This document shows positions 1 through 13,043 of a DNA stretch of 64,000 nt, in pieces (position 1 is the stretch's first letter; the number at the start of each line of letters is the position of its first letter). Origin of the DNA: Octopus sinensis (taxonomy: Eukaryota); the NCBI RefSeq assembly GCF_006345805.1, contig NC_043001.1:109740001-109804000 (forward strand). Reading direction: 5' to 3'. The notes under the pieces are model-generated. The model saw nothing but the letters and a program-made list of their open reading frames with translations. It ran no database searches and was not told the origin of the DNA. A program made the translations under genes and the position numbers.

Positions 1-519
1 GTCTCTGTAGGTATGGTGTAGCTATATATAAACCTGACATATATAGCCAGGTTTACGGCAGAAGAGCTTCCGCCATGCAAATTTCATTTCCTTTTTAATG
101 CAGTGACAAATATTTTGCATGGTGTGAATGGCCGCTGTGTGAATAACTTTAGCTAGGACTTTATTTTCTCCTTAACGATAAGATACTGACGCTATTAGTT
201 TAAAGTTTCAGGGTGGGATTTTCAATGAACGTTAAAAATAAATGCAGCGTATGCAAACAGAATTTTTTTTCAAAATTGTTTTACAACAAAATAAATAGAA
301 TCTGACACACAAAATATGATTCACTATTTCACTATTCAAATGTATCTTGGGATAAATAAAATTTTACAAATGATCAACAAGTATATAACAGATCGTAGAA
401 CGAGTATAACAAGTATATAAAATAGAGAAACATTAAGAAGTGTATAATGACTCCGCGATGTTCGATATATGTCCCTTGCGGAAGTATATACTAGAATGAT
501 GAATGGTCAATGTATTTAA

Positions 520-548
520 TGTTGTTGTTGTTGTTATTATTATTATTA

Positions 549-607
<59 letters not shown>
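520..607. repeat. (TTG)/(TTA)n microsatellite
   Basis: Pure trinucleotide run; it explains the poly-Leu ORF 510..719. Confidence 0.95.
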
Positions 608-929
608 TTCCTTCTTTCTTCAAATCTTCTTCCTTTTCTCGCCGAGTGTTTTCCGTACTCCTAGGGCAGAGAAGCTCATTTTATGCATTTCCAGATTACA
701 CACGCAAATTCACAGGTAAGATATGTATTTAGAAAATTAATAAATGAATGAATTCATGAATGGATGTTGTTTTCTCTTGTATCTTGTTAATAATAATGGT
801 TGTGCAGAAGATCGTAATAGCGTGATAGGAATAGGAACTGTAAGTAGAAAGGTAATAAGAGTATTATTGATTTTAGTGGTAGTAATAATTTAGGTAGTAA
901 AGATGGAACTGGTGGTTATAATAATAATT

Positions 930-1810
930 GTAAGAATTTGTCAAGTGGCTTTTAATGCTATTTGTAACATGTAATCCAACGACTAAACCGGCAACCCTAC
1001 CAAGCGCTTGCCTGGTAAGAAGGGTGAATTTTGTTGGACACCCAACAGGACGCAAAACAAACCTGTTAAAGGGTAGATGACACCCAGAGATTCAACAGCT
1101 ACGCAACTGTATGAATTATATATAATGCGAGTATAAATACTGGAGGTGGCGAACAGCTTATGATAAACAGATTAAATGAGGGCAGACAAGTCTCTCAAAA
1201 CTCTTGGGTGACAACGTGTCTTGTGATAATAACACGATATAATTACTGGTTGGTGGTAACCTTAAAACGCATACATCAATTCTAAGAGGAATATTAATAT
1301 TGAGAAGTAATCATAATGCCGGAGCTTTCGGCGAAATTGTCATGTCCTGCAGATATCCTGTGGAATAGCAGCGCAGGCCCGCTCGTCTTCCAGTTACTGC
1401 TGAAGGAGATTAAAATGGATGAAGAAGAACAACAAATTATTGTTCGAATGTTATATTAAGAGAAATCCAAAGAAATGCAGGAAAAGATTGTTAGAGCTCT
1501 GGAAAAAATATTATAAGTATAAAGGACAAAATGTTGTTAGAGATAATGGAAAAAGAGGAGATAATAAAAGTGAGAAATGACGTGCAAGGGACGATTGGTT
1601 CAGAAAAAAATACACATACAACAGACTTGTCAAAGCTGGGACATGGAGAGGGGTCATCAACAATATACAGAAGCCATTTGTCTACCTCCAAGAAGAAATT
1701 AACCCAGGCACCAGAAGAAATTAACCCAGAACAAACTATTCTCCGCGACAGAATTCTGGAATTAATGTTACTTGAGGAAAGGAAAAAGGTTACCATTATT
1801 GTAATCATGT
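930..1810 (+). mobile_element. Decayed 5'/N-terminal fragment of an R4/Dong-like (RLE-type) LINE ORF
   Basis: From 1404 the frame reads RRLKWMKKNNKLLFECYIKRNPKKCRKRLLELW, matching the KW-x-EEN..CY..SNP..RKR...LW N-terminal motif I recall for this clade. Downstream: EEINPEQTILRDRILELM. Contains stops and frameshifts. Confidence 0.55.
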
Positions 1811-2374
1811 GATAAATTGAAAAAAGTATGCCCTTTTGTTATCACTGATTACTAAAATCGTTTTTGTATCATGTGTATATGAATATCTAAACATATTCAG
1901 AAACACACACTCACGACTATGAATACACCCATGTATATAAATGAATCCATTTTATGGATATAATAATGTACACATGAATATCCCGTATTTTGAACCTAGA
2001 TACATAAGAATATTAGGATCTGTTGGTATAGCGAACAAACCGATAAGAAAATGAATGTATGAGGGCTTTTCTAACATATTATTTGCAGCCAATTGAATAT
2101 CCCAGACTTTCAATGTGTTTACGTATATTTTTGCCTACTTAGTGTCATATTGCACTTCCTTCGCGAAAGAACTTGAATAAACAAAGTGAAATTAATAGTA
2201 AGTATTGTAGGACGTTCACCGACTAATATTAATGGTAATAATGATAATATATATAAGAGCAGTAACAACAATGATAATAAAAGTACTGATAATGTCAACG
2301 ATAAGAAAACTTACGTACAAAAAATATATACACACACACGTATATACATGGATTCGTCTGTGCAAAGATATATG

Positions 2375-3270
2375 TACAGTGTGCGATGGGTAAATTGTCG
2401 CCATTTTATATTTTAAAATTTACGCATGCGTATTGTTTTTTCTTGATTTTGTTGACTACACAGTATAGTAGGATCAGTTGGGCACCGTCTGTGAGAAAAA
2501 AAAACAACAGCATGACGCATTTCATTCTCCCAGAAATTTGGAAACGATATGGTGTACTGTTTGGCATTCGCGTCGGAATTTCCAATACGAACATTTCAGA
2601 GTATTTGGGTGTCAATCTGAGGACGGTGTCGTCTAAGGACATGTACCGAGAGTCATAAATATCGAACATCCAGTCAACATCATGATGTTTGGAGTGATTA
2701 CCTGTGACGCAGACGTTATGCTTCCATTCATCTTCCCACACGGCCTGAGACTCAATTCGGAGGCCTTCATCAAGTGCCTGGAGGAGCGAGTGCTGCCCCG
2801 GGTAAAGAGGGTGGTTGCTGGAAGACCTTATGTCTGGCAACAGGAATCTGCACCATACGACACAAGCAGGAGAATTTGGTCATGACTGTCAGAAAATTTC
2901 TGCGTCACATCACCCATAACATCTGGCCATTGAACTTCCCAGACTTCAAACCCCTTGAATAGTATGTCTGGGGTGCAGTTGAGCGAGAGACCAACAAAAT
3001 TCCATGTAACATCAAAGATGAACTGAAGGCAAGGATTATGGCAGCATTCTTCAACTTAAACAAGGAGACCATCCAGAAGAGTTGCAGGAGATTCTGAAGT
3101 CGTCTGGAGGTAGTGGTTGAAGCCAATGGCGATTTTATTGAATGAATTTATTCTATAATATTTCAAGATATTTTTATGGAATTTGCCTAAATATAGATGT
3201 TAAATTGAGATGTCAGTGTCCTTTTCAATTTTGCGTAATTTAGACGACATTTTATTCACCGCACCCTGTA
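2375..3270 (+). mobile_element. Internally deleted Tc1/mariner (maT/DD37D-like) transposon
   Basis: Imperfect TIRs TA-cagtgtgcgatgggtaaattgtcg / cgacattttattcaccgcaccctg-TA. N-terminal HTH piece MTHFILPEIWKRYG..ISEYLGVNLRTV is fused to catalytic/C-terminal pieces MMFGVIT..YVWQQESAP..WPLNFPDFKPLE.YVWGAVERE..RLEVVVEANGDFIE. Confidence 0.9.
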
Positions 3271-3299
3271 TAGGATGTATGCATACATATATATTTTGT

Positions 3300-3361
3300 G
3301 TGTATACATACAAACATACATATATACCTACATACACACACATACATACATACATACATGC

Positions 3362-3421
<60 letters not shown>

Positions 3422-3500
3422 ATATATATATATGCATACATATATTTATATATATATAGATATACAAGTATATATACACACACACGTGTGTGTGTGTGTG
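3300..3500. repeat. Compound (TA)n/(TACA)n/(CA)n microsatellite
   Basis: Direct sequence. Confidence 0.95.
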
Positions 3501-3780
3501 AACGAGTGTTTGAGATTACATGTATTTCTGTTTCTGTAATATAGGATCTCAGACAGAGTTTCCGACCATGCGTTTTCGATCAAGTAAATTAACAGGCATA
3601 TCTAATTAGCGCGTAAGTGGCTTAACGTTTTACTGACACGTGTTGAATATGCATGTATGTATATGCACGTGCGTATGTATGTATGTATGTATGTATGTAT
3701 GTATGTATGTGTGTGTGTGTATGTATGTATTTATGTATGTAGGTGTGTATGTTCATACACACACACATTACATACATATA

Positions 3781-4005
3781 CTCTTTACTCTTTTAGTCAT
3801 TTATTTGTTTCAGTCATTTGACTCTGGCCATGATGGAGCACCGCCTTTAGTTGAGCAAATCGACCCCAGGATTTATTCTTTGTAAGCCTAGTACTTATTC
3901 CATCTGTCTCTTTTGACGAACGACTAAGTTACGGGGACGTAAACACACCAGCATCGGTTGTGAAGCAATGTTGGGGGGGGGGGCAAATACTGACACACAA
4001 ACATG

Positions 4006-4059
<54 letters not shown>

Positions 4060-4225
4060 CATATATACGACAGGCTTCTTTCAGTTTCCGTCTATCAAAT
4101 CCACTCACAAGGCTTTGGTTGGCCCGGGCCTATAGTAGAAGATATTAGCTCAAGGTGCCACGCAGTGGAACTGAATGCGGAACCATGTAGTTGGTAAGCA
4201 ATCTACTTACCACACAGCCATTCCT
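3781..4225 (-). mobile_element. SINE family B (tRNA-like head, CORE-like segment, internal microsatellite, conserved tail)
   Basis: Minus strand gives ggaatggctgtgtggtaag..ggcaccttgagc..gacggaaactgaaagaagcc, then (TA/TG)n, then tail ..ggcggtgctcca..gactgaaacaa. Same architecture at 9058, 28500 and 35300. Confidence 0.9.
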
Positions 4226-4236
4226 ACGCCGATATA

Positions 4237-4305
<69 letters not shown>

Positions 4306-4434
4306 ATATATATACATTTCGTTTTTGGATTTGGTTTGCAACCAACCTTATGTGCGTTCTTGTGTATATACATTATAGTAAGAGTAAGAATAGTGTTGTA
4401 AATGAGATATAATAAAAATAATAAAAGCACTCTT

Positions 4435-4676
4435 TTTTTCAAGCCTGGCCAGACCCTTGGGTCCGGTTTCCCGGTTTCAATGGCATATGTGCTCCCCAGC
4501 TGAACGGGACGCCAGTCTATCGCAGTGTTGCTCATTTTTGCAAGCTGAGTGGACTGGAGCAACGTGAAATGAAGTGTTTTGCTCAAGAACACAACGCGTC
4601 TCCCGGTCCAGGAATCGAAACCACAATCTTACGATCATGATGCTGACACCCAAACCACTAAGCCATGCGCCTCCAC
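4435..4676 (-). mobile_element. SINE family C (gtggaggcgc head, tRNA-derived)
   Basis: Minus strand head gtggaggcgcatggcttagtgg (A box) ..ggtttcgattcc (B box), then gttgtgttcttgagcaaaacact. Related head at 28395. Confidence 0.8.
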
Positions 4677-5818
4677 AATTAGATATAATACTGTCTTTTA
4701 AATGTTGTTTTAATAAGGACTGCGCTGTCACTTTTGTAGAGAAAATAAAAGATTTGTCTTAAAGATTTAATATAAAAAGATTTGTCTTTAAGATAATCTT
4801 CATAACTTTTATCATGGGCAGAACCAGTTTTGACACTCGAAGCAAGTACCGCTTCAGAAGTATCGCTGTCGTCAGCGGCGACATCAAATAGGACATCGTT
4901 GTTAGAGATTAGCTATTACATAGTGAGTTAAAACTTGTCTTTTACGAAATCTTCCTATTTATCGTCATTGACACAAACACACTCAACACATTCTGCTTGA
5001 TGAGTATAACTGTTGTGGCCACGACATCAAGTCATACATCATTATAAGAAATGAACAATTATATAGTGAGTGTCGAGCACTACCACGCTTACTTTACCAG
5101 CGACCTGTACTGTTCACATTAGGTTATTTCGTTGAGCCAGTCTTTCCAAACATCCGGTATACTACTCCTATAACCCGCTAATTTTACAATTTTCACAGAA
5201 ACAATCCATCAATATATTCTTGTTCATTATAAATTTCTAGATTAACCAATTATTTATCGCAAGAAAGCACCAGCCCTTTGAATATATATATATCATCTAT
5301 ATTGTTTTTCATATCACTCATGGCGAAATTTTATAATAGTGACACGTGATATTTTCCGCTTTTTATATATTTGTGACGTAAATTAATTACATATATTGTT
5401 CTATCTTCCTGGGTTTGTTTCATAAACGTAACGATAATTTAAGAATAATTACAAATGATACCCAATTAACGAATATGATTAGAAGTTTGGCCTCTAACAC
5501 TTTTCTGTTTAATTATGAAATGCTTATTAGAAAACATTCGATTCAATGATTACCCGGATGTTATTAACCGGAAGATGCTTTTCTTACAGAGTTAATGACA
5601 GCTCTTGCAAACATTCCTATTATTACTGGAAATACGTACATCTGTACATCCATAGGTCAATGAATGTGTGTGTGTGTATACATAATAGCATACATACGTA
5701 TACACACACGCACACATACGCACAAACATACACACACATATATACAAGTGATTCTGGTTATTTGACAAAACACATGACCATCCCCAACATAACAATATAC
5801 ATATATATATATATATAT

Positions 5819-5851
<33 letters not shown>

Positions 5852-6279
5852 ATATATATATATATTATATAGAGGGTACTATTATTCATAGGTACCGCAC
5901 GCTAGGAGGGACTTTTGCAGTCAAAACTACTAAAATAAACAAATTGTACCGAATGCAAAACTTCAAAGCAAGTCATTTACAAACAGAATTTAGTTACAAA
6001 TCACCTGTGATTTCGCAATCAATGCAGAATATGCATTCTATGCTCTTCAGTGCAACGAACTCAAGACATATAATAAAAAACACAACATATATATATATAT
6101 ATGAAGAAATTGATACATACATGGATAGAGAGGTATATGTAATATAAAACTTACTTGGAAGAGAATGCGTTGCGTTCAATCATATAATGATATAAATAAT
6201 ATATGAATATATGCATATATACATACATATATGTACATACCTACATATATATGTATATATACATGCATATATAGGTACA

Positions 6280-6510
6280 GGACATCAGTAAGACTTTGAA
6301 CACAATGAGAAACAAAAACATAAAAACAAAAACGTAGAAATGAAATTTTTTCGAACATCTTGTTTTTTTCTGCGTATCTTTCTGTAGAAGAGCGTAGGCT
6401 CGAAACGTAAAAGACTTTTTCTATTCCTGGGCGCTATACTAATACATCTGTTTGTTTGTACACTATCTGCTTTCGTCTTTTGTTTATTTTCGTAAACTTT
6501 CCCTTTATAT
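6280..6510 (+). mobile_element. Penelope-like terminal-repeat fragment containing a hammerhead-like motif
   Basis: Contains tctgtagaagagcgtaggctcgaaacgtaaaagac. Homologous copies at 8870-9045 (+) and 53785-53915 (-). Partial inverted copy gtttctcattgtgtttcaa near 6703. The Penelope assignment is inferred. Confidence 0.55.
6377..6414 (+). ncRNA. Minimal type I hammerhead-ribozyme-like motif (variant core)
   Basis: Stem I tcttt/aaaga; core CUGUAGA plus an extra A; stem II gagc-gtag-gctc; GAAA; palindromic ACGU stem III; GUA triplet. Position 6 is U instead of the canonical A. Confidence 0.5.
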
Positions 6511-6835
6511 GTAGGTATGTACATATATATATATATAGATGCATATATTTATATATTATACATATTATTATATGTAATGTACATACTATGTATGTATTTA
6601 TGTATGTATGTATATGCGTATGTATTTATATATATGCGTATGTATCTCGAAATGTATATCCCAGCAAAATTTGCGCACAGAGACTGAACCGACAAAGATA
6701 CTGTTTCTCATTGTGTTTCAACATATGATTTTACACAGAATTTTATAAATCACTTACGGAAATAGAAAGCATATGTGTGTGAGCTTGTGTCTGTGTGATT
6801 GTGTGTGCGTGTGTGTGTGTGAGAGAGAGAGAGAA

Positions 6836-6878
<43 letters not shown>

Positions 6879-7002
6879 TATGCGTGAGTGCATATGTGAT
6901 TTTTTTAAAGAATAGTTTTGAGAGGGACATCGAATTTTCCTTCTGCTCAGCTTTGATGAAATCGTGGCGTATTTCAAATCATCTTGGCGTTATATAGTCT
7001 CC

Positions 7003-7586
7003 CAAAGGCGGCGAGTTGGCGGAAACATCGTCTGCCGATACGTTCTGAGTTCAAATTCCGCCGAGGTCGACTTTGTCTTTCATCTTTTCGGGGTCGATAA
7101 ATTAAGTACCAGTTACGCACTGGGGTCGATATAATCGAGTTAGTTCGTTTGTCTGTCCTTGTTTGGCCCCCTCTGTGTTTAGCCCCTTGTGGGTAGTAAA
7201 GAAATATGTATTTCGTCTGTAGTTACGTTCTGAGTTCAAATCCGCCGAGGTCGACTTTGCCTTTCATCCTTTCGGGGTCGATAAATTAAGTACCAGTTAC
7301 GCACTGGGGTCGATATAATTGACTTAATCCGTTTGTCTGTCCTTGTTTGTTCCCACTGTGTGTAGCGGCTTGTGGGTAGTAAAGAAATAAGAAAAGTTAA
7401 CAGCCGGGCGAAATGCTTAGCAGTATTTCGTCTGTCTTTACGGTCTGAGTTCAAATTCCGCGAAGGTGAACTTTGCATTTCTCTCTTTCGAGGTCGATGA
7501 ATTAAGTACCAGTTGCATTCTGGCGTCGTTTTAATCGACTGGCCCCCTCTTTCAAAATTTCGGGCCTTGTGCCTAGAGTAGAAAAT
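7003..7586 (+). mobile_element. SINE family A, multi-subunit copy with 14-bp TSD
   Basis: Head ggcggcgag..gttcaaattcc and repeated central domain gtcgactttgcctttcatcctttcggggtcgataaattaagtaccag. TSD gttatatagtctcc at 6989-7002 and 7587-7600. Confidence 0.9.
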
Positions 7587-7976
7587 GTTATATAGTCTCC
7601 GATAAGTTTATTTCTCCTGGTGTAAGTGGATTTTGGTTGAATCGTAAATATGTTGTAATTTCAAATCAGATGGAAGAAGAGTATGAATGACTTTTATTGA
7701 CTAAAGTTGGACTTGTGCTGTTATTCAGAATTCAGTGAAGCATAAATCTTTGTAATTACCTTTGTTTCTTTAGGTTTGTCAGCTTCACATCTTGGGGTTC
7801 TCTTTTAGGGTTCACAAAAGTATGTAGGTTGAGTGAAAAGATTAGTCGATCAGCAGATGTGTATCTAGGTGTAGTTTGTGTTATTTGTGCTTTAAGGATT
7901 AAGAATCTTAAAGGTTCGTGGGTCAGATAATTTCTTTATTTTTAGTCGTTGTTTTTGAGAACAATTGTGTTGTTTG

Positions 7977-8215
7977 CAGCGTGGAAGGTATTTATAAGCC
8001 ATTTAAGAAACACACAAAACCGTTAGATTCACTTCAACATTTAAATTTAATTTGTCAAAATATTTTCGTCGCTTTGAGACCAGTGAATCTAACGATTTTG
8101 TGTGTTTCTTAAATGATTTATAAACACCTTCCACGCTGCAATTGTTTTCGTTCCAGCACACGATCTCAGATCAAGTCATTCGCTATGCAAGTACATCTCT
8201 GTAATTGAGATGTTT
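7977..8215. mobile_element. Fold-back (inverted) Penelope-like terminal-repeat fragment
   Basis: Arms about 7977-8032 and 8082-8139 are near-complementary. The same repeat occurs unfolded at 23150-23320. Confidence 0.5.
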
Positions 8216-8593
8216 GTTTTGGGAAAATGGAGGCTAATATTCGGATTTCACTAAAGCAGGTAAGACTTTGAAACTAGATGCGATAATATCGGTGTGCTCG
8301 CTTAAGTTTTATGGTGGTTTAGCACAGATATTCGCTTAGGCAGAAAGGTTAGATGTTAAGAAGATGTCTAAACAGAAGTTAATTGTTTTTGATGTTATTG
8401 GATTACGATTTAGAAACTTTAACCTTTGTGTTTTGCAGAACTAAAATGTATTGAATATGGTTTTATAAATATATACTCTATTCGATTTCTTGCATGGATA
8501 TCAGTAATTATATTTGCAACATATTAATTTGGACCTATCTCTGAATATACGCAAATGTGGGGGCGACATGAAAACATATGTATATTCTTACGC

Positions 8594-8653
<60 letters not shown>

Positions 8654-8869
8654 ACACACATACATATACACATATATGATTAATCAAAGCACATACTTTT
8701 GGGGCCTGCAATCGCCTATATTACTAATTCTGTTATTATCATTTTTAAATTGTTACAATAGATAATAACAGAGTCAATGATATCTACACAAATGATTTTT
8801 TCATGAATTATTTTTACTCGTGAATTATTTGCTCCGTGTATTATATATATATATGATACATGATAGATC

Positions 8870-9045
8870 AGTAGCCACTACACACAATATTTTTCTCTCC
8901 TTGTTTTTCTCTGTATTCCTTTCTGTAGAAGAGCGTAGGCTTGAAAAGTAAAATACTTTTTCAATTCCCTAGCGTTATACTAATACACCTGTTTGTTTTG
9001 AACACCACCTGTCTTGTCTTTTGTTTTTTTCGTGAACTCTCCTTA
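8870..9045 (+). mobile_element. Second copy of the 6280-type Penelope-like fragment
   Basis: ctgtagaagagcgtaggcttgaaaagtaaaatac followed by ..tactaatacacctgtttgtt. Confidence 0.6.
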
Positions 9046-9057
9046 TATATAATATAA

Positions 9058-9508
9058 GGAGTGGCTGTGTGGTAAGTAGCTTGCTAACCAGCCACATGGT
9101 TCCGGGTTCTGTCCCACTGCGTGGCATCTTGGGCGAGTGTCTTCTGCTATAGCCCTGGGCCGACCAATGCCTTGTGAGTGGATTTGGTAGACGGAAACTG
9201 AAAGAAGCCTGTCGTATATATATATATATATATGTATATGTATATATATATGTATATATATGTATATATATATATGTATGTGTGTGTGCGTGTGTGTGTG
9301 TTTGTGTGTCTGTGTTTGTCCCCCTAGCATTGCTTGACAACCAATGCTGATGTGTTTACGTTGCCGTCACTTAGCGGTTCGGCAAAAGAGTCCGATAGAA
9401 TAAGTACTGGGCTTACAAAGAATAAATCCCAGGGTCGATATGCTCGACTAAAGGCGGTGCTCCAGCATGGCCGCAGTCAAATGACTGAAACAAGTAAAGA
9501 GAAAGAGA
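9058..9508 (+). mobile_element. SINE family B, full length
   Basis: ggagtggctgtgtggtaagtagc head, internal (TA/TG)n, tail ending gaaacaagtaaagagaaagag. Confidence 0.9.
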
Positions 9509-9510
9509 AG

Positions 9511-9568
<58 letters not shown>

Positions 9569-10672
9569 ATGGATATGGAATACATTCTCAACGCAACTTT
9601 CATATGAGAATATATGATAATTTTAAAGTATTGTGGGGACATGTTGTGTTAATCTAAATTCACCCTATCATTGGATCAGTTAATCGAAAATATCAAGTTG
9701 ATATTTTCAAGTTACGACTACATCGAGAAAAATTAATGACTTACTCACTACCTTCATAAATCATTCCTTTCTACAAGCAATGTCTAAAACGATTAGTAGT
9801 TGAGATATATAGTCTATAACGGGTGCTATTACTTAGAGATCTGTATGATAAAGCATGGTAACACGATAATCGTAAGTTGCCTTCCTTCAGTACTTAGCTG
9901 TTGCAAATAACTAGTTTGGAAATCTCTTGGACTTGTTTCTGAAAGGAAAAATAATCTTTCAGGAAATAAGACTCTACAGAAATATAGTATAGAACTGGAT
10001 GTGTAACAGTAATGCTTTTCTTAACACGAAATTCCATCATCTAAAAATACTATTGATGCAACAATTCATCGGTTATCATAACATTTGTAATGGGTAATAT
10101 TACAAAAACGAAAGAAATCGATCATAAATGTTTTTGAAATTAACCATTTTATTTCGAGTCTGCCATTACCTCACGCCCACATTATGTGTATATACATTAT
10201 AGAAACTCTCGCCTTGTTTTAAAGCATTATAAACCTCCGATGTAATTTCATGTGTACAACATTAATTAAATATTCCGGAGGACGTCCTAGCAACAATTAA
10301 CGCACCGTCTAGCTTGAAATTCAAATTATGCTATCTCATCCGATCATGGAGCCTGGTTTACGTTAAATGATTAAAATATTGTGTTCTATAATTATATAAA
10401 CGAAGAATTGTTAGATGATGCTTTTCTGCATGATAAAAATATTGACCAATTCTTCCAGAAACAATTATACAAACGATAATGAATTGTAATCTGCGTGGCT
10501 GGAATTGACATTATTGATTCACTGAAGCAAAAATTGAAATAAGCATAGGACATACTAAGGAGGGATGAAAATAGACGTTCTGGTAGAAACATCAGCGTTA
10601 AAAACTGCAGCTTCTGATAGATTATTCTTATATTGTTTTACTCGTGTAGTCATTTGACGAGTGTCAAGTTGA

Positions 10673-11088
10673 AGCGAGCTGGCAGAGACGTTTGCACGCC
10701 GGGCGAAATACTTAGCGGTATTTCGTCTGCCGTTACGTTCTGAGTTCAAATTCCGACGAGGTCGACTTTGCCTTTCATCCTTTCGAGGTCGATAAAATTA
10801 AGTACCGGTTACGCACTGGGTCGATATAATCTACTAAATCCGTTTGTCTGTCCTTGTTTGTCCTCTCTGTGTTTAGCCCCTTGTGGGTAGTAAAATAATA
10901 GGTATTTCGTCTGTCTTTACGTTCTGAGTTCAAATTCCGACGAGGTCGACTTTGTCTTTCATCCTTTCGGGGTCGATAAAATTAAGTACCAGTTACGCAC
11001 TAGGGTCGATATAATCGACTTAATCCGTTTGTCTTTCCTTGTTTGTCCTCTCTGTGTTTAGCCCCTTGTGGGTAGTAAAGAAATAGGA
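10673..11088 (+). mobile_element. SINE family A, two subunits, 11-bp TSD
   Basis: TSD tgtcaagttga at 10662-10672 and 11089-11099. Confidence 0.9.
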
Positions 11089-12023
11089 TGTCAAGTTGAG
11101 GTACCGCTTGGAAGTGCTTAATTGGAGGGATTAATCAAATAAATGGGTACTCATCTTTATTCCAAGTCTGATTCTTATGTTGTTGGTCCATCTTGCAGAG
11201 CATATATGTTAAATGGACGTGCATAAAGAATACCCAGTTGTGAATCAGTGTGAGGATAAACACAAAAACACCCACAAATACGTATATATATATACATATG
11301 CGTGTATAAATGTGTAGGAATATATATACTTTTTTTCTGCAAAATAGCGGTAGCTTATCCTGTTCAAGCTATATTATTTGCATTAACCTACGTTTGAGAA
11401 TTTAAAATTACTTCTTTAAACTTGTTAGACATCTCAACGCTTCTAAAGCAAACCTCGCTTGTTTGTTCACGTTCATCGTGATTTGAATTTATATATATAT
11501 ATATATATTTATAAATTCTGTCCACCAAATTCGATCAAACTATATGAATTTTAAAAATAAACGGAATATCCACTGATAGTTTAGTATTTCACTCACAAAA
11601 GTAGGTGGGTAATATCTGGAGTTTATTTCTTCATAAGTATGCTCAATCAGCGATTTCTTTAAAAATAGCCAATAGCCAAAACAACAGCAACAAAAATAAA
11701 TAAAAAAACAAAGTGACAAAAAGTATATTACACGGTTCAAACTACCACTATTTTAGAACTGGATTAGCAGTTTAATATCACATCAAACGAAGAGGATACT
11801 ACACTCTCGGTTCAAATGTATATTTTATAACAAAATGTTTTGGCAAATTCAGGATATTCTATATTTTTTTTTTGTATATAAGTCATTGGGTTATCATACA
11901 GAAATGAGTCTTAATAGTTTTGAGGAGACAAGGAACGGAGAGAAGCGAGAGAATTGGAGCTGATAAAAACGCTGTTAAAATATACTAAAGTAATAAGAAC
12001 GAACGAAGATACACACACGCATG

Positions 12024-12089
<66 letters not shown>

Positions 12090-12399
12090 TGTGTCTGAGT
12101 GCGTGTATTTCTATATGATTGTATGTATGAGCTGTAAAGGCAGAATTATCTCCATATGAGGCTTTATTTAGAATCTGTTAACGTGTGCTTACGTTTACAA
12201 ATGTGACAGAAAATCGGTAAAAAACCAGCGGCATATGTAGATAATTGGACGTTAACCAACTGGTTGTTTCTTCGCTTACGTCTTGCTAGCAATTCATATA
12301 TTATTTACACACACTCATATATACATATATGCATGCATACATAGACGCACACAGACGCATACACACATATACACATAACTGTATTCATATGTCTGTATA

Positions 12400-12524
12400 T
12401 ATATAAACACATGTATACATGCACACACACACACACACACACATATACATATATAATACACCTACATATATACCTATATATCTATATATACATACATATT
12501 TACACCTACATACATACGTACATA

Positions 12525-12576
<52 letters not shown>

Positions 12577-12810
12577 TATATATACATAATTCATACATAC
12601 GTAAATATATATGTATATATATTATATTTATATATATACACATAAATACATATATATTATATATAAATTCATATATTTATAAATATATATATATGTATAT
12701 ATATATAAACATATATATATATATATACGAATATAGATATATATATATAAATAAATATGTATGAATAAATAAATAAATAAATAAACAAATATATATATAT
12801 ATATATATAT
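12400..12810. repeat. Compound (CA)n/(TA)n low-complexity tract
   Basis: Direct sequence. Similar tracts at 12030-12085 and 13255-13430. Confidence 0.95.
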
Positions 12811-13007
12811 AGTATTATTAGTGAATTGAAGAAATGGAGTTGAACGAAGATTGAACAGAATTCCTTTTATTGCATTCTACACATGTTTCAAAAGCCACAA
12901 TTTTCCAAATTCTGATTAAATAAGGATCCCATATTGTGGCTTTCTTGTGGTATCGGTTAAACTTTTGATTAATCTGCAACAAGATTATTCATCTTTCTAT
13001 TTTACCA

Positions 13008-13043
<36 letters not shown>

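Noticed and set aside
695-715. 21-nt micro-exon with good AG/GTAAG sites; similar 22-nt case near 22552-22573
   Set aside because: Too short to distinguish from chance, and no supporting neighbouring exons.
975-1060. HDV-like ribozyme at the 5' end of the R4-like fragment
   Set aside because: Two hairpins are visible, but I could not assemble the nested double pseudoknot.
4674-4915. Minus-strand open frame of about 78 codons (NDVLFDVAADDSDTSEAVLASS..)
   Set aside because: No start codon, weak acceptor, no clear donor and no recognisable domain.
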